Positions 1-11,887 of a DNA stretch of 60,000 nucleotides are shown one piece after another. Position numbers and translations under genes: made by a program. This DNA comes from Malacoraja senta. Lineage: Eukaryota. The DNA lies in contig CM075996.1 of the NCBI GenBank assembly GCA_038087875.1, forward strand, positions 6,016,001 to 6,076,000, in the 5' to 3' direction. Numbering within the stretch: the stretch's first letter is position 1; every line of letters starts with the position of its first letter. The notes below the pieces were generated by a model. The model saw only the letters and a list, made by a program, of their open reading frames with translations, was not told the origin of the DNA and did no database searches.

Positions 1-30
1 ATGGGCATCAACCCCTCCCTCTGCAACTAG

Positions 31-90
31 TTACTGGACTTCCTAACTAACAGACCCCAGTTACTGGACTTCCTAACTAACAGACCCCAG
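31..90. repeat. Exact 30-bp tandem duplication inside the RT ORF
   Basis: TTACTGGACTTCCTAACTAACAGACCCCAG at 31-60 and 61-90. Confidence 0.97.
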
Positions 91-111
91 TCTGTTGTCC
101 AACCTGTTAGG

Positions 112-933
112 TTGGACAACCACATCTCTTCAACCCTCACCCTGAACACCGGCGTTCCACAGGGCTGTGTGCTGAGCCCCCTCCTCTACTCCCTCTTCAC
201 CTACGACTGCACACCTGTACATGGTTCTAACACCATCATCAAGTATGCAGATGATACAACGGTGATTGGCCTCATCAGCGACAACGATGAGTCGGCCTAT
301 AGGGAGGAGGTTCAGCTCCTAGCAGCATGGTGCGCTGACAACAACCTGGCCCTTAACTCCAAGAAGACCAAGGAGCTCATTGTGGACTACAGGAGGTCTA
401 GGGGCTGCACGCACACCCCCATCCATATTAACGGGACGGAGGTGGAACGTGTTTCCAGCTTCAGGTTTCTGGGGGTCAATATCTCTGATGACCTCTCTTG
501 GACCCACAATACATCAACACTGGTCAAGAAGGCTCACCAGCATCTCTTCTTCCTGAGGAGACTAAAGAAGGTCCATCTGTCTCCTCAGATTCTGGTGAAC
601 TTCTACCGCTGCACCATCGAGAGCATCCTTACTAACTGTATCACAGTATGGTATGGCAACTGCTCTGTCTCCGACCGGAAAGCACTGCAGAGGGTGGTGA
701 AAACCGCCCAACGCATCACCGGTTCCTCACTCACCTCCATTGAGTCTGTCCAAAGCAAGCGATGTCTGCGAAGGGCGCGCAGCATCGTCATGGACTGGTC
801 TCACCCCAGCCACAGACTGTTTTCTCTCCTCCCATCCGGGAGGCGCTACAGGTCCCTCCGTTGCCGAACCAGCAGGTTCAGGAACAGCTTCTTCCCTGCG
901 GCTGTTACACTACTGAACTCTGCACCTCGGTGA
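112..933 (+). pseudogene. Reverse transcriptase ORF remnant (273 aa open stretch) of the Rex1/Babar LINE
   Basis: RT motifs PQG..LSP and YADD are present. The frame extends upstream but has a TAG at 28-30 and two in-frame insertions. Confidence 0.85.
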
Positions 934-1714
934 TTGCCAGTCACCCCGCTGCCCCCCCCTCCCCGGACACTCCTTCCCCCAGAAAAATTGCACTACTGAT
1001 ATTGCTGTACATATATATATATTACTGCTCATTATTCCTAAGTTCGCTCTTCTGGGTGAGATGCTAACTGCATTTCGTTGTCTACTGTACACTGCACAAT
1101 GACAATTAAAGATTGAATTGAATTGAATGTTTAAATTTAGGAAAGTCAGCTGGAACAAATTAATTTAAAGAGCAGTAGAGCTGTGGGAACGTTAAGTCGG
1201 GGTCCTTTAAGTGTGGAAGCAAGATGACAATGGGTGTATTTATGGAAGGAGCTCACAAGAGAGGATACATTTTAAAATCATTTACATAGAATCGTGCATG
1301 TTTAAATACAACTAATGAAGTATGTTTGAACTGCAGTCAGTTTGTTAATATAAATTACACGTCAGTGGATGAGCTCAGCAGACTTCCATAAAGTGTCACT
1401 GATATAAATGAATAATCTTTTCTAATGATTTGATTGTGAAATAAATACCATCCAGCATACCTGGATAATTTTCCTGGGCATCTGCAGAATGCTGCATGGA
1501 ACCATTTAGCTCTGAGAAGGGAGAGTGGGCCTGGGATGAACGTCCGTCTCAATGATGAATCTATACTTTTGATGTGTGGTCACTGATGAAAACTTGTAAT
1601 ATGTGAAATGCTACAGCCAATTTACACATATCAAGGTCTCAACAGGAATGTGGTAGTAATTAGGTTATCTTCCTTAGTGATCGAAAAGCAAAAATATTCA
1701 GATGTTGGAGTAGA

Positions 1715-1860
1715 TTATTCGACCTCTGTGGAGACAGAAAACAAGTTAACGTTTCAGGTTGATGAGTGTTCTGATAATATCAATGTAAAACAATAATTCT
1801 GTTTTTCCCTTCACAGAAGCTGTCTGACCTGCTGAGTATCTTCAACATTTTCTCTTTTTG
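1715..1860. repeat. Degraded Penelope-pLTR-type short repeat (head-to-head arrangement)
   Basis: GTTAACGTTTCAGG (reverse complement of ..CCTGAAACGTTAAC), then CACAGAAGCTGTCTGACCTGCTGAGTAT, related to the 25907 family. Confidence 0.5.
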
Positions 1861-2179
1861 ATCTCTTTTAGTGACCTTAGTGTGGGATAGCAGTTGAGGC
1901 CACAGTGTAAAGTTTCATCCCAAAGTGGTAGTAGTTCATTGTTCTGTCAATATTGCACCTGGAGGTGCAGCCTAAATGTTTTGCTTGAATTCTCCAGTGC
2001 TTAACGATTATGGCTGAATGCATAGTTTTTAATTTTATAAATGTACTATCTAGAGATTCAACCCAATCTGAAGGGTTGTCAGGCAGATATACTTCTCGTA
2101 TGGTGATCTGCATTTATTTTACTTGGTTATATACATTTTTTTTGAAGAATTGGGCAATTCAGTTTGGAGAGATTTGAAT

Positions 2180-2239
2180 CATTGTTATAAAAGGACTGCA
2201 TACCAATACATTGTTATAAAAGGACTGCATACCAATACA
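2180..2239. repeat. 29-bp tandem duplication
   Basis: CATTGTTATAAAAGGACTGCATACCAATA repeated twice. Confidence 0.95.
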
Positions 2240-2317
2240 GTCTCTGCCAGTCCTACTAATAAGTTGTCTACCTTTCCTGACAACTCACTCTCAGTTCTGA
2301 GGACCAATGCTTACATT

Positions 2318-2600
2318 AGTTTAGTTCAAAGTTACAGCGTGGAAACAGGCCCTTCGGCCCACTGAATCCATGCCGACTAGTGTTCACCCATATACTAGTT
2401 CCATCCTACACTTTAGGCACTATTTACAGAAGCCAATTAATTAACCTACAAACCTGCACGTCTTTGGAATGGTGGAGGAAACCGGAGCACCCGGACAAAA
2501 CCCAAGGAGAGAGTACAAACTTTGTACATGCAGCACCCGAAGTGAGGATCAAAGCCGGGCTTTGGTGCTGTGAGGCAGCAACTCTACCACTGTGCCACCC
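2318..2600 (-). mobile_element. tRNA-derived V-type SINE with CR1-like tail (HE1-like)
   Basis: Minus strand has a tRNA-like head (GGCACAGTGGTAGAGTTGCTGCCTCACAG), a central GGGTGCTCCGGTTTCCTCC and a tail GGGCCGAAGGGCCTGTTTCC..(CTAAA). Homologous to 4200-4500. Confidence 0.8.
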
Positions 2601-3079
2601 CTTATTGCCACAAAACTATAATTCGACAATGTACAACTAGGTAGTTATTACTATCCAAATTGTTCTAGCTACAACAGACACTAAAACAATAATGCAGTAG
2701 AATACACTGGATATATGTCACATCAATCAAATAAAACTTTGTTGTATCATTTCCAAAGCAATTATCACCTTGTGTGTGGAGATCAAAAGTGCCCACTGTA
2801 CTCATCCTGTGGTGTCACGGCAACCCCTAACCTTTTTTGCTAAACATTTTTAAATCATGTATTCCACTCTCCTTATACCATTTACCTTTCACAAGATTGA
2901 TGTGCTGTATATACAGTGTCATCTACTCCATTTTTATTTTGGTATCTAATAGCTGGAACAATTTACAACTATGTGTAACTACATTGTGTGGCAACTCTCA
3001 TGGAAATTTAGTCCCCATGTGTTCACAAGAACAGAGCTATTTTGACCTTTACAATAGACAACTTCATCGTGTCATTTTC

Positions 3080-3900
3080 AAACCAGCCAGTTCATATTGG
3101 TGCTAATATTCCATATGAGCTCCTCCCATCTTTCCTCATCTAAATCCGTAGCCAGCTGTGTGCTATCATGTGCTTGTTTCATTTGAATGTAATTCAACAC
3201 CATTCCCTGTGGTAATAAGTTCCACTGTCTGGGCAAAGATTTTTTTTTCTAAACTCCCTGTTGGATTACCTGGTGACTTGTACGTCTCATTATGATTTTT
3301 TTCCACAAATGGAAACAATGTCTCTTTATTTCCCTCTTATAAAATGAACATTTTAAAGATTTCAGTTAGATCGCCCATTACGTTTTTGAGAAAAATACAA
3401 GGACCCAGTCAGTCTTTATCCTTTACTGAAATGCATATCCTTACATTTCTAGTATCATCCTTGTAAATTTTCTCAGTAGCCTCTCAGTCCTTTTATCTCC
3501 TATTTACAAAATGCCACCCTATAGTAAATGCATTGCACTTAAGTGTGGTCCAACCAGTTTGATATATAATTAACATCAGTTCCATATTCTGAATTCTGCC
3601 CTTTCAAAACTAACGCTAATGTTTAGTTTGATTATTGTTTTGTGATATTGCTGTCATATGGCATGTCTTTTAATAATGCTGTATTTCATTCAGAGATCCT
3701 TTGGTTCTTGCATTACACTCTCCCTCCACTCCTCCCTCTTTCAGATGTGCGTCTTCCTTTTTATTCGACAAAAATACTACAGGCCAATTACTTGCCCGTT
3801 TGGGGTTTATTAATGTCCCTGTTATTTGTTGACGACTTCCTCTGTATGGATTATCCGTCTGAAATATGGTATTGTCTGCAAATGTTGAAATTGCCCAGGT
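3080..3900 (-). mobile_element. Highly degraded CR1-like LINE 3' region
   Basis: Patchy similarity to the antisense CR1 copies elsewhere in the window, e.g. ATCATCCTTGTAAATT, CACTTAAGTGTGGTC. Confidence 0.45.
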
Positions 3901-4199
3901 ACACTCTACCACTAAAACTGGGGCAAAACCAATCTGGCTGATTGCAGCCTTCTCATCACTTGATCGTCAGCATATTGATCAAAGTATTGTCAGCAGCAAT
4001 GTGAAGCAGCACTTAAATTACCAATAACTCTGCAGTTTAGATTTTCCAGTATGCCTCTGTTTCAGATCTCATTGCAGTTTTACGGGCACACATGAGTTGA
4101 CATTGACGTCAAGACATTTGATTGAACCCTGGTAAATGTAATATCAATGGAAATTAGGAGAAATGTTATAATGGATGGAATTTAAAAAAAAAATTAATT

Positions 4200-4500
4200 T
4201 GAGGGAATACAGCGTGGAAACAGGCCCTTTGGCAATCAAGTTCATGTCGACCATCAATCACATGTACACTAGTTCCATGCTATCCCACTTTTGCAACCTA
4301 CACAAGGTGCAATTTGCAGAAACCAATTAATCTGCAAACGCACAAAATCTCTTTGGAATGGGGGAGGAAACTGGAGCACCCGGGTAAAACCCATGCAGTC
4401 ACAGGAAGAACGTACAAATTCCACCCAGACAGCACCTACAGTCGGGGTTGAACCCAGGTCTCTGGCGCTGTGTGGCAGCAGCTCTACCATTGTCCTGCCC
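4200..4500 (-). mobile_element. HE1-like V-type SINE
   Basis: TACAGCGTGGAAACAGGCCCTT...GGAGGAAACTGGAGCACCCGG...GAACCCAGGTCTCTGGCGCTGTG..CTCTACC; colinear with 2318-2600. Confidence 0.8.
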
Positions 4501-4699
4501 TTTTTTTTAGAGATGCAGTGTGGAAACATGCTCTTCCGTAAATTAAGTCCATGCCAACCATCGACAATGTGTACACTAGAGTTGTACCTTGCACAAAGAA
4601 AATTGGCTGTAAATGTTGGAGATGCACCATACCAACCCCAGGACTTTACTAAATGTGTTCTTCAAAACCCTGGAAGCAGCTAATAATATTAGCTGCTTC

Positions 4700-5242
4700 A
4701 TCTGAAACCTTCCTCCAACTGGTCCAGAATGCAGCTGCCCGACGACTCATTACCCACACCAAATCCTGACACCACATCACCCCAGTTCTCAAAGAATTCC
4801 ACTGGCTTCCCATTTCCCACCGGATCATCTACAAAATCCTGGTCCTCACCTACAAAGCCCTCAACCACTTGGGCCCCCCTTATCTCACTGACCTCCTCTC
4901 CCCCTACCAACCCTCACGGTCCCTCAGATCCACATCAGCTGGTCTCCTCTCCACTCCGAAATCAAACCTCTGCACTTTTGGAGGCAGAGCCTTCTCCAGG
5001 GCAGCTCCCAGGCTCTGGAATTCCCTCCCACAACTGATCCGAAATTCGGAGTCCCTCACCATCTTCCAGTCCCGCCTCAAGACCCATCTCTTCACCTCTG
5101 CATACCCTTAGTCCCATGTTCCCCTCCCCTTTGCATCTCTGTCTTACTGCTCTATTTTGTTATGTTTATTCTTGACTCTCAATGTAAAGCGACTTTGAGT
5201 CCTGAAAAGTGCTTTATAAATAAAATGTATTATTATTATTAT
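4700..5242 (+). mobile_element. L2 LINE, 5'-truncated 3' end
   Basis: Encodes LQLVQNAAAR..HITPVL..HWLP..PYLTDLL..RSLRS..GRAFSRAAPRLWNSLP..FQSRLKTHLF. The 3' UTR has TGTAAAGCGACTTTGAG..GAAAAG and a (TAT)n tail. Confidence 0.9.
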
Positions 5243-5284
5243 CATGTGAGAGGTGGGGATTCACTGATGATTTTATATTGTTCA

Positions 5285-5810
5285 ATAGAGATGCAAAGGA
5301 TTGCAGATGTTGGAATTTGGATCAACAATCTTCTGGGGGACCTTGGTAGATTGAACAGCATCTGTACAGGGAAATGGGTGTTTGATGCTTTGGATCAGGA
5401 TTCTTCATCAGAACTGACTATTGAGGAGAGATGGGCAGTATAAGAAGGTGAGGGAAGGGGTGCACTAGAGCTGGAAAGAAATTGGTGAATCCAGGTGAGG
5501 AGAGCTTGAGTGGCCGATGGAATGAGGTGAGGGAAATAAGGATAAAAATGGCGAATGAGGCTGGAAGTTGATTGATGGTAACATAGGGCTGGAGATGATG
5601 AAATCTGAAAGAACAGGAAGATTAGGTATAGAAGGGAGGTAGTGTGGGCAGATGGGAACATGGGGGGGAGAGGATGCAATGGGAGGAGTGTGGGTGGGGG
5701 GTTGGAAGCTGGGTAATAGGATCTGGGGGGTGGGGTTGAAAAGAAGGGACCATGTGAGGATGGTGATGGAATATTCTCCTTTTGCCTGGATGAGTGGGGC
5801 TCCAGAAAAC
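5285..5810 (-). mobile_element. Degraded Penelope-like pLTR fragment with hammerhead-core relic
   Basis: Minus strand reads TCAGTTCTGATGAAGAATCCTGATCCAAAGCATC (CTGATGA at 5405-5411), next to a long purine-rich tract. Confidence 0.55.
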
Positions 5811-7504
5811 GAACATTATCAGATATAAATTAATCCCTTGCCATCAACATCTGATAAATAAGGACATTGTCATTTTTGTTCATCTGTTCTACATTTAACA
5901 TGCAAAGATGTTCTTTACCCACAATTGATTGTGTTGGTGCATAAACATGCTCCTATGTTGAATTCTCCTTGCATTTATATCAAAGCATACATGGTTAAAG
6001 GTAGAAAATATTGTAAAGGAAAGTGCTGACCAGAAATTAAGTACACAATGCAGCATGGCTTTGATGCTGGTCTGTAATTCTTGCAATTTACTAAAATGAC
6101 TGAAGGATACCTTGCTGGAAAAGTCTTTATGCTTCTGCAACAAATGCTACCATTTTTATTTGTACCTTTTTCAGTTCACCTTCTGTGTATTGCTTATATT
6201 CTACGTTTAATTCTCTGAGAATTAATATTTTTGGAATGGACAAATTTGAATGTAATATGCTAAACACAATGATACAGGTAGGAAAATCACTATTCTGTGG
6301 TGATATTATTGAACACAGTTTACCTCTGTACTTGTAAATAAGAGATTGTGCATTCTAATCTACTCAAATCTTCAAAGAACACTTTTGGAATGAGATGTTG
6401 AAGGTTGTTTGGTGTTTAAAAAAATTGGATTGCAGCCTTAAGATGAATGAGAGAAAATACTTTGGCACAAAGGAACTGAAGGCTCATATCTTTTGGCTGA
6501 GTCGATACTTTAAATTTTAAATCTTCTCTCGGTTGAGCAGTTGATTTGCTGCTGTTTCCGAGCCCCACCTATCTTTGCTTTTCAAAATAAAATGCACAGG
6601 GCTGTGTTAACTGATGTGCCAGTCAGAAATTCCCTTCGGGCTGATGTGTTGCTCACAGCAGCGCAGGTGAGACAGGAGTTGCAAGGGATCAAGGGCTGCA
6701 TTTTAAAACGAGACGAGAAAGGAGTGCAAACCTTTCAAGCAACCTTTCTTAAAGTTGGATGACTTTGCTGCAGTGAAAATTGCATGTGAATTTGTCAAAA
6801 TGCAAATGATGTACCTGTGGGTGAGTTTGTTTTTGAACTGGTCGATTCCTTTAAATTTGAAGCAATTATGATGCAATACGTTGTAGGTGGTTGTCTCATT
6901 GGACAATTGTACTAAATATGGTGATAAAAGTAATATGTGTGATGAGTGTTACCAATAATGAAGTTGTCAGAAACGAGTATGAAATCATGAGGATTGCACA
7001 TAAAGTTGTTTCATTTATGCTGGTTTATGTTGCTGGCAACATTCTTGAGTAAACTGGTAATCTACATTGTAGGGATTTTTGACGTTACATTTCTGGTTTC
7101 GAATGTTCTGTTCAAAATTAAAACAAACTTTCTTTCAGAGGTCTGGTTACATATCTACACAAATGTGTACCTGAAAAACGAAAAGGGTTCTTGGGCCTTG
7201 ACTCCCTCGATCCATAACCAGTTCTTTTGGTTTTATTATTAAATTGTTTCACAAATCTGTCGCCGTAAAGAATGGCTGAGGAGATGCTGGTGATATTTCC
7301 CTCCCTGTGGGGAGAAACACTTTGCCACTACTCACAGTTGATTCTCCTGTATGTCACAGCTGGGATCAGGAAGCTGGCTGATCACCTAGGGACTTGTATT
7401 CACAAACACATGTATAACTATTTTGTCATCGTGCTCTCTGGACCGTGATAATTCATCTTGTTACACTTTCCGTAGCTTATTCCTTTACTTTCTCTTCTGT
7501 AAAT

Positions 7505-7745
7505 TGATTCTGTTGGCCCAACTTGCCCATGCTGACCAAAATGCCCCATCTACACCGGTCCCACCTGCTCGCGTTTGGGCCCATATCTTTCTTAAATCTT
7601 TCCTATCCATGTAGAATCACCTACCACCTCTGGCAGCTCAGTGCCCTCTGTGGGGAAAAGTTGTTCCTCAGGTTCCTATTAAATCTTTCCCCTCTTGCCT
7701 TAAATCTATGTCCTCTGGTTCTTGATTTCCCCCACTCTGGGGAAG
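7505..7745 (-). mobile_element. CR1 3' fragment
   Basis: GGCCCAACTTGCCCATGCTGACC..GGCCCATATC..CCTTAAATCTATGTCCTCTGGTTCTTGA, similar to other CR1 3' ends here. Confidence 0.7.
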
Positions 7746-9026
7746 GGAGGAACTAATCAGTAGTTGGCCCAAGACACTTCGACTGTGAGCAAGCTTGAGA
7801 GAGGACTTTTTTACGCTGAGTGCTAGTTTTGTACAATGTTGGAGAAAAATAGTGCTGACGATTGAGAGAATAGGAACCTTAGGAGCCAAGTACCCCCTCA
7901 TATGCGGCAACATTCAAGTTGAACTGTTCCTCGCTTCCGCTAAACAAACATAGCTCTATATCCCTTGATAACCCTAACCAATAAAAATCGATTTATCTCA
8001 CTCTTCAAACTTTCAATGGACCCCCTTTAGGTGTATTTCATCTTTTGATGTTTCTGTGTATTTGGCATTGATTTATTTGACCTGTTGTTTGATGGATCTG
8101 CAGGCAGCACTGGAATCTCCAACTACGTGCCTGTGGTTTTCAGTCAATTTGTTTCCCACTCGTTCCTTTTTTTAACCTGAAGCAATGATAAGGTTTTGAG
8201 TTAATAAAAGTGAGTTAACTGTGGAACTGACCTTGAGTTTATCCATATACATGGAATTAATATGCATTAACCAGTTCGGTTGCATAGAAAAATTGCCTAA
8301 TGGGTAGATTAATTTTCAAAAAAGATAGGTGTGCCTTACATTCCAGGAAATGTTCGTAATTATTTGGGTGGGGCACATCACAAACTCACAGAACTTGATT
8401 CGATCGTCTACTTTAGTAATTAAAAAAATAGCAACCTGGTGGTACTAGTGTATATTTTGGTATCGTTGGAATTTTAAAAAACAGATTTCTAATCAGAAAC
8501 AATATGAAAAGTTTAGATGTTGAAAATAAAGTTACCTTTCATCAGCAGAAACATTAATTATTATGGGCACTTCATAACATTATTTTTTAATTAACTTGTT
8601 AGTAGGCGAATGCTTCTTGTAAAGACAATTTCATTCATAATTATCTTAACTTGTACTCAAATTCAATGAGTGTGAACTGCCAGCAATATGAAATAAAGAT
8701 GTGGATTTTGTTGTAGATTGATCAGGTATGTGCTGTGCAAAATCATTGTAGCATCGAAATGGTGCAGTTGCTGAAAATCTGGAATGAAAATAGAAAATGC
8801 TGGAATTACGTCAGCCAGCACCTGTGGAAAGAGCACAGTTAACATTTCGGGTCATAACAGAAGTTGTCATAAAATAATTTGATTTGCGATCTACTTTGAA
8901 TATTTGTTTTTTATATAAAAGAAGCATTTCAGCAATTTCACTTTGTTTTAAGACAAAGTTATCTGCTGTCTGAAGTACATCTTCACATATTGTTCTCAGG
9001 TGATTATGTTATTCACTTTTGATTTA

Positions 9027-10661
9027 CAGTGCCCTCCATAATGTTTGGGACAAAGACCCATCATTTATTTATTTGCCTCTGTACTCCACAATTTCAGATT
9101 TGTAATAGAAAAAAATCACATATGGTTAAAGTGCACATTGTCAGATTTTAATAAGGCCATTTTTATACATTTTGGCTTCACCATGTAGAAATTACAACAG
9201 TGTTTATACATAGTCCCCCTATTTCAGGGCACCATAATGTTTGGGGCATAGCAATGTCATGTAAATGAAAGTAGTCATGTTTAGTGTTTTGTTCCATATC
9301 CTTTGCATGCAATGACTGCTTGAAGTCTGCGATTCATGTACATCACCAATTGGTGGGTGTCTTCTCTGTTGATGCTCTGCCAGGCCTGTATTGCAGCCAT
9401 CTTTAGCTTATGTTTGTTTTGGGGGCTAGTCCCCTTCAGTGTTCTCTTCAGCATCTAAAAGGCATGCTCAATTGGGTTCAGATCGGGTGATTGACTTTGC
9501 CACACAAGAATTGACCATTTTTTTTAGTTTTGAAAAACTCCTTTGTTGCTTTAGCAGTATGTTTGGGATCATTGTCTTGCTGTAGTATGAACCGCCGGCA
9601 AATGAGTTTTGAGGCATTTGTTTGAACTTGAGCAGATAGGATGTGTCTATTCACTTCAGAATTCATTATGCTACTATCATCAGCAGTTGTATTATCAATG
9701 AAGATAAGTGAGCCAGTACTTTCAGCAGCCATACATGCACAAGTGAGGTGCTTCACAGATGAGGTGGTATGTTTTGGATCTTGGGCAGTTCCTTCTCTCC
9801 TCCATACTTTGCTCTTGCCATCAATCTGATATATGTTAATCTTCGTCTCATCTGTCCACAAGACCTTTTTCCAGAACTGTGGTTGCTCTTTTAAGTACTT
9901 CTTGGCAAACTGTAACCTGGCCATCCTATTTTTGTGGCTAACTAGTGGTTTGCATCTTGCAGTGTAGCCTCTGTATTTCTGTTCATGAAGTCTTCTGTGG
10001 ACAGTGGTCATTGACAAATCCACACCTGACTCCTGAAGAGTGTTTCTGATCGGTCAGACAGGTGTTTGGGGATTTTTCTTTATTATAGAGAGAATTCTTC
10101 TGACATCAGCTGTGGAGGTCTTCCTTGGCCTGCCAGTCCCTTTGTGATTAGTAAGCTCACCAGTGCTTTCTTTTTAATGATGTTCCAAACAGTTGATTTT
10201 GGTAAGCCTAAGGTTTGGCTGATATCTCAACAGTTTTATTCTTGTTTCTCAGTCTCATAATGGCTTATTTTACGTTCATTGGCACAACTTTGGTCCTCGT
10301 GTTGATAAACAGCAATAACAGTTTCCAAAGGTGATGGAAAGACTGGAGGAAAGAGTAGGTGCAGAGAACTCTCTTATAACTGCATTAAGGTGGCAATTAA
10401 ACACACCTGAGCAATTACAAACACCTGTGAAGCCGTGTGTCCCAAACATTATGGTGCCCTGAAATGGGGGGACTATGTATAAACACAGCTGTAATTTCAA
10501 CATGGTGAAACCAAAATGTTTTAAAATACCCTTTAATAATATCTGACAATGTGCACTTTAACCACATGTGATGTTTTTTCTATTACAAATCTCAAATTGT
10601 GGAGTACAGAGGCAAATAAAAAAATGATGGGTCTTTGTCCCAAACATTATGGAGGGCACTG
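9027..10661 (-). mobile_element. Full-length (1635 bp) Tc1/mariner transposon, IR/DR type
   Basis: ~220-bp TIRs starting CAGTGCCCTCCATAATGTTTGGGACA; TA at 9025-9026 and 10662-10663; inner direct repeat CCATAATGTTTGGG at ~9232 and its reverse complement at ~10441-10457. Confidence 0.97.
9281..10300 (-). pseudogene. Tc1 DDE transposase, frameshifted, start codon mutated to ACG
   Basis: Contains WKKVLWTDETK, QQDNDPKHT and (in a shifted frame) SPDLNPIE. It ends ..KGYGTKH* and spans ~340 codons. Confidence 0.9.
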
Positions 10662-11528
10662 TAGCCAAAAGTTTCAAACTCTGAGTGAATTGGAAGTTTG
10701 GGTTGTGAAACATTTTTTCCCACAAACTTTGAATGCATATTCAAATATTCCTAGTGTTTATACATCCAAGTTTAAGCCATCTTATGATTAATAGTCCAAA
10801 AGTGACTGGGAAACTGGGTAAAAAAATGAATTCTTACTTTATCATTTTATCTCTTTTTTTGTCAAAATCGAGCCTACAGTGATTGTCTGAGTGCCTCCTT
10901 CACTCTGAAATATACTTGGGCATTTTTTTTAAAGGGTTCTGGCTGGCATGAGCTGGCAGCACATTCTCAGTAATTTGACATAAATTAGGAACCTCGCCGA
11001 GTTATGTGATCCCTGTTGACTTAGATGGAGTAAAGTCTCTAGGGCCTAAAGAGTACTTTTTGTTAACACGGTGAAGCATTTTGGGATAGAGCAGGTTTTG
11101 CTCTGGAGACTGAACAAGATCACCTTGGTGCTAATGCTCCTGCCTGAAAAGTGAAGAATGCTTGTCCTGGCATTTGAACCTTGCATTATTCAAGAAGAAA
11201 AAACCCAGCATTTATTTAAAGTAAATGTGGAATAAAGCAGCGAATGCTGAAAAAGCTGAGAAAATCAGACAGCATCTGGGAAGTGACATAGGTCAGTGGC
11301 ATTAAAACAGAAGTTCTCTTGATAGGTTACCGACCTGAAATGTCAACTCTTGCTTTCAACAGAGGCCTGACTTATTGCGGATAGGGAAGCATAGTGAAAG
11401 TTGTGCAGAAATTAGGAGACTCTTTCTATGCTTAGCTTCTATTCTTAGTAGTCCTAAAATGTTGAAATGCCGAGTGATGATAGAGATGCACAAATCACAA
11501 GGTATCTGACCTTGTCTATATGAAGTTA

Positions 11529-11885
11529 TCATAGAATAGTACAACACCGAGACAGGCCCTTCAACTCTCAATGTTCCTGCTGAACACAATGCCAAGTTAA
11601 ACTAATCTCCTCTACCTGCATGTGATCTGCATCCCCTCCAATCCCTGCATATCCATGTGTCTATCCAAAAGCCTCTTAAATGCTACTACTCTATCTGCCT
11701 CCACCACCACCCTGATAGTGTGTTCCAGGCACCAATCGCACTGTGAATTAAAACAAAACTTGCCCCATACATCTCCTTTAAACTTAGCCCCTCTCACGTT
11801 AAAGTTCTGCCCTCTAGTCTTTGACATTTCCACCCCTGATAAAAAAATCTGACTGCCTTATCCATGCCTCTCATCACTTTTTATA
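11529..11885 (-). mobile_element. CR1 3' end fragment
   Basis: Minus ORF MEMSKTRGQNFNVRGAKFKGDVWGKF..VVEAD..FKRLLDRHMD, typical of a CR1 ORF2 C-terminus. Confidence 0.85.
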
Positions 11886-11887
11886 CA

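Larger units (their letters stand above)
1..1128 (+). mobile_element. Rex1/Babar-type non-LTR retrotransposon, 3' portion (RT domain, C-terminus, 3' UTR); continues past the left window edge
   Basis: Translation contains TGVPQGCVLSPLLYSL, KYADD and NFYRCTIESILT...RFRNSFFPAA. The 3' UTR ends in TGACAATTAAA plus a (GAATT)n-like tail at ~1111-1128. Confidence 0.9.

Noticed and set aside
2540..2600. tRNA-like sequence (also ~4440-4500 and ~50910-50960)
   Set aside because: These are SINE heads continuous with SINE bodies, not tRNA genes.
8717..8725. Possible 9-nt microexon (TAG|ATTGATCAG|GTATGT)
   Set aside because: Poor polypyrimidine tract; such matches arise by chance and cannot be supported without RNA data.
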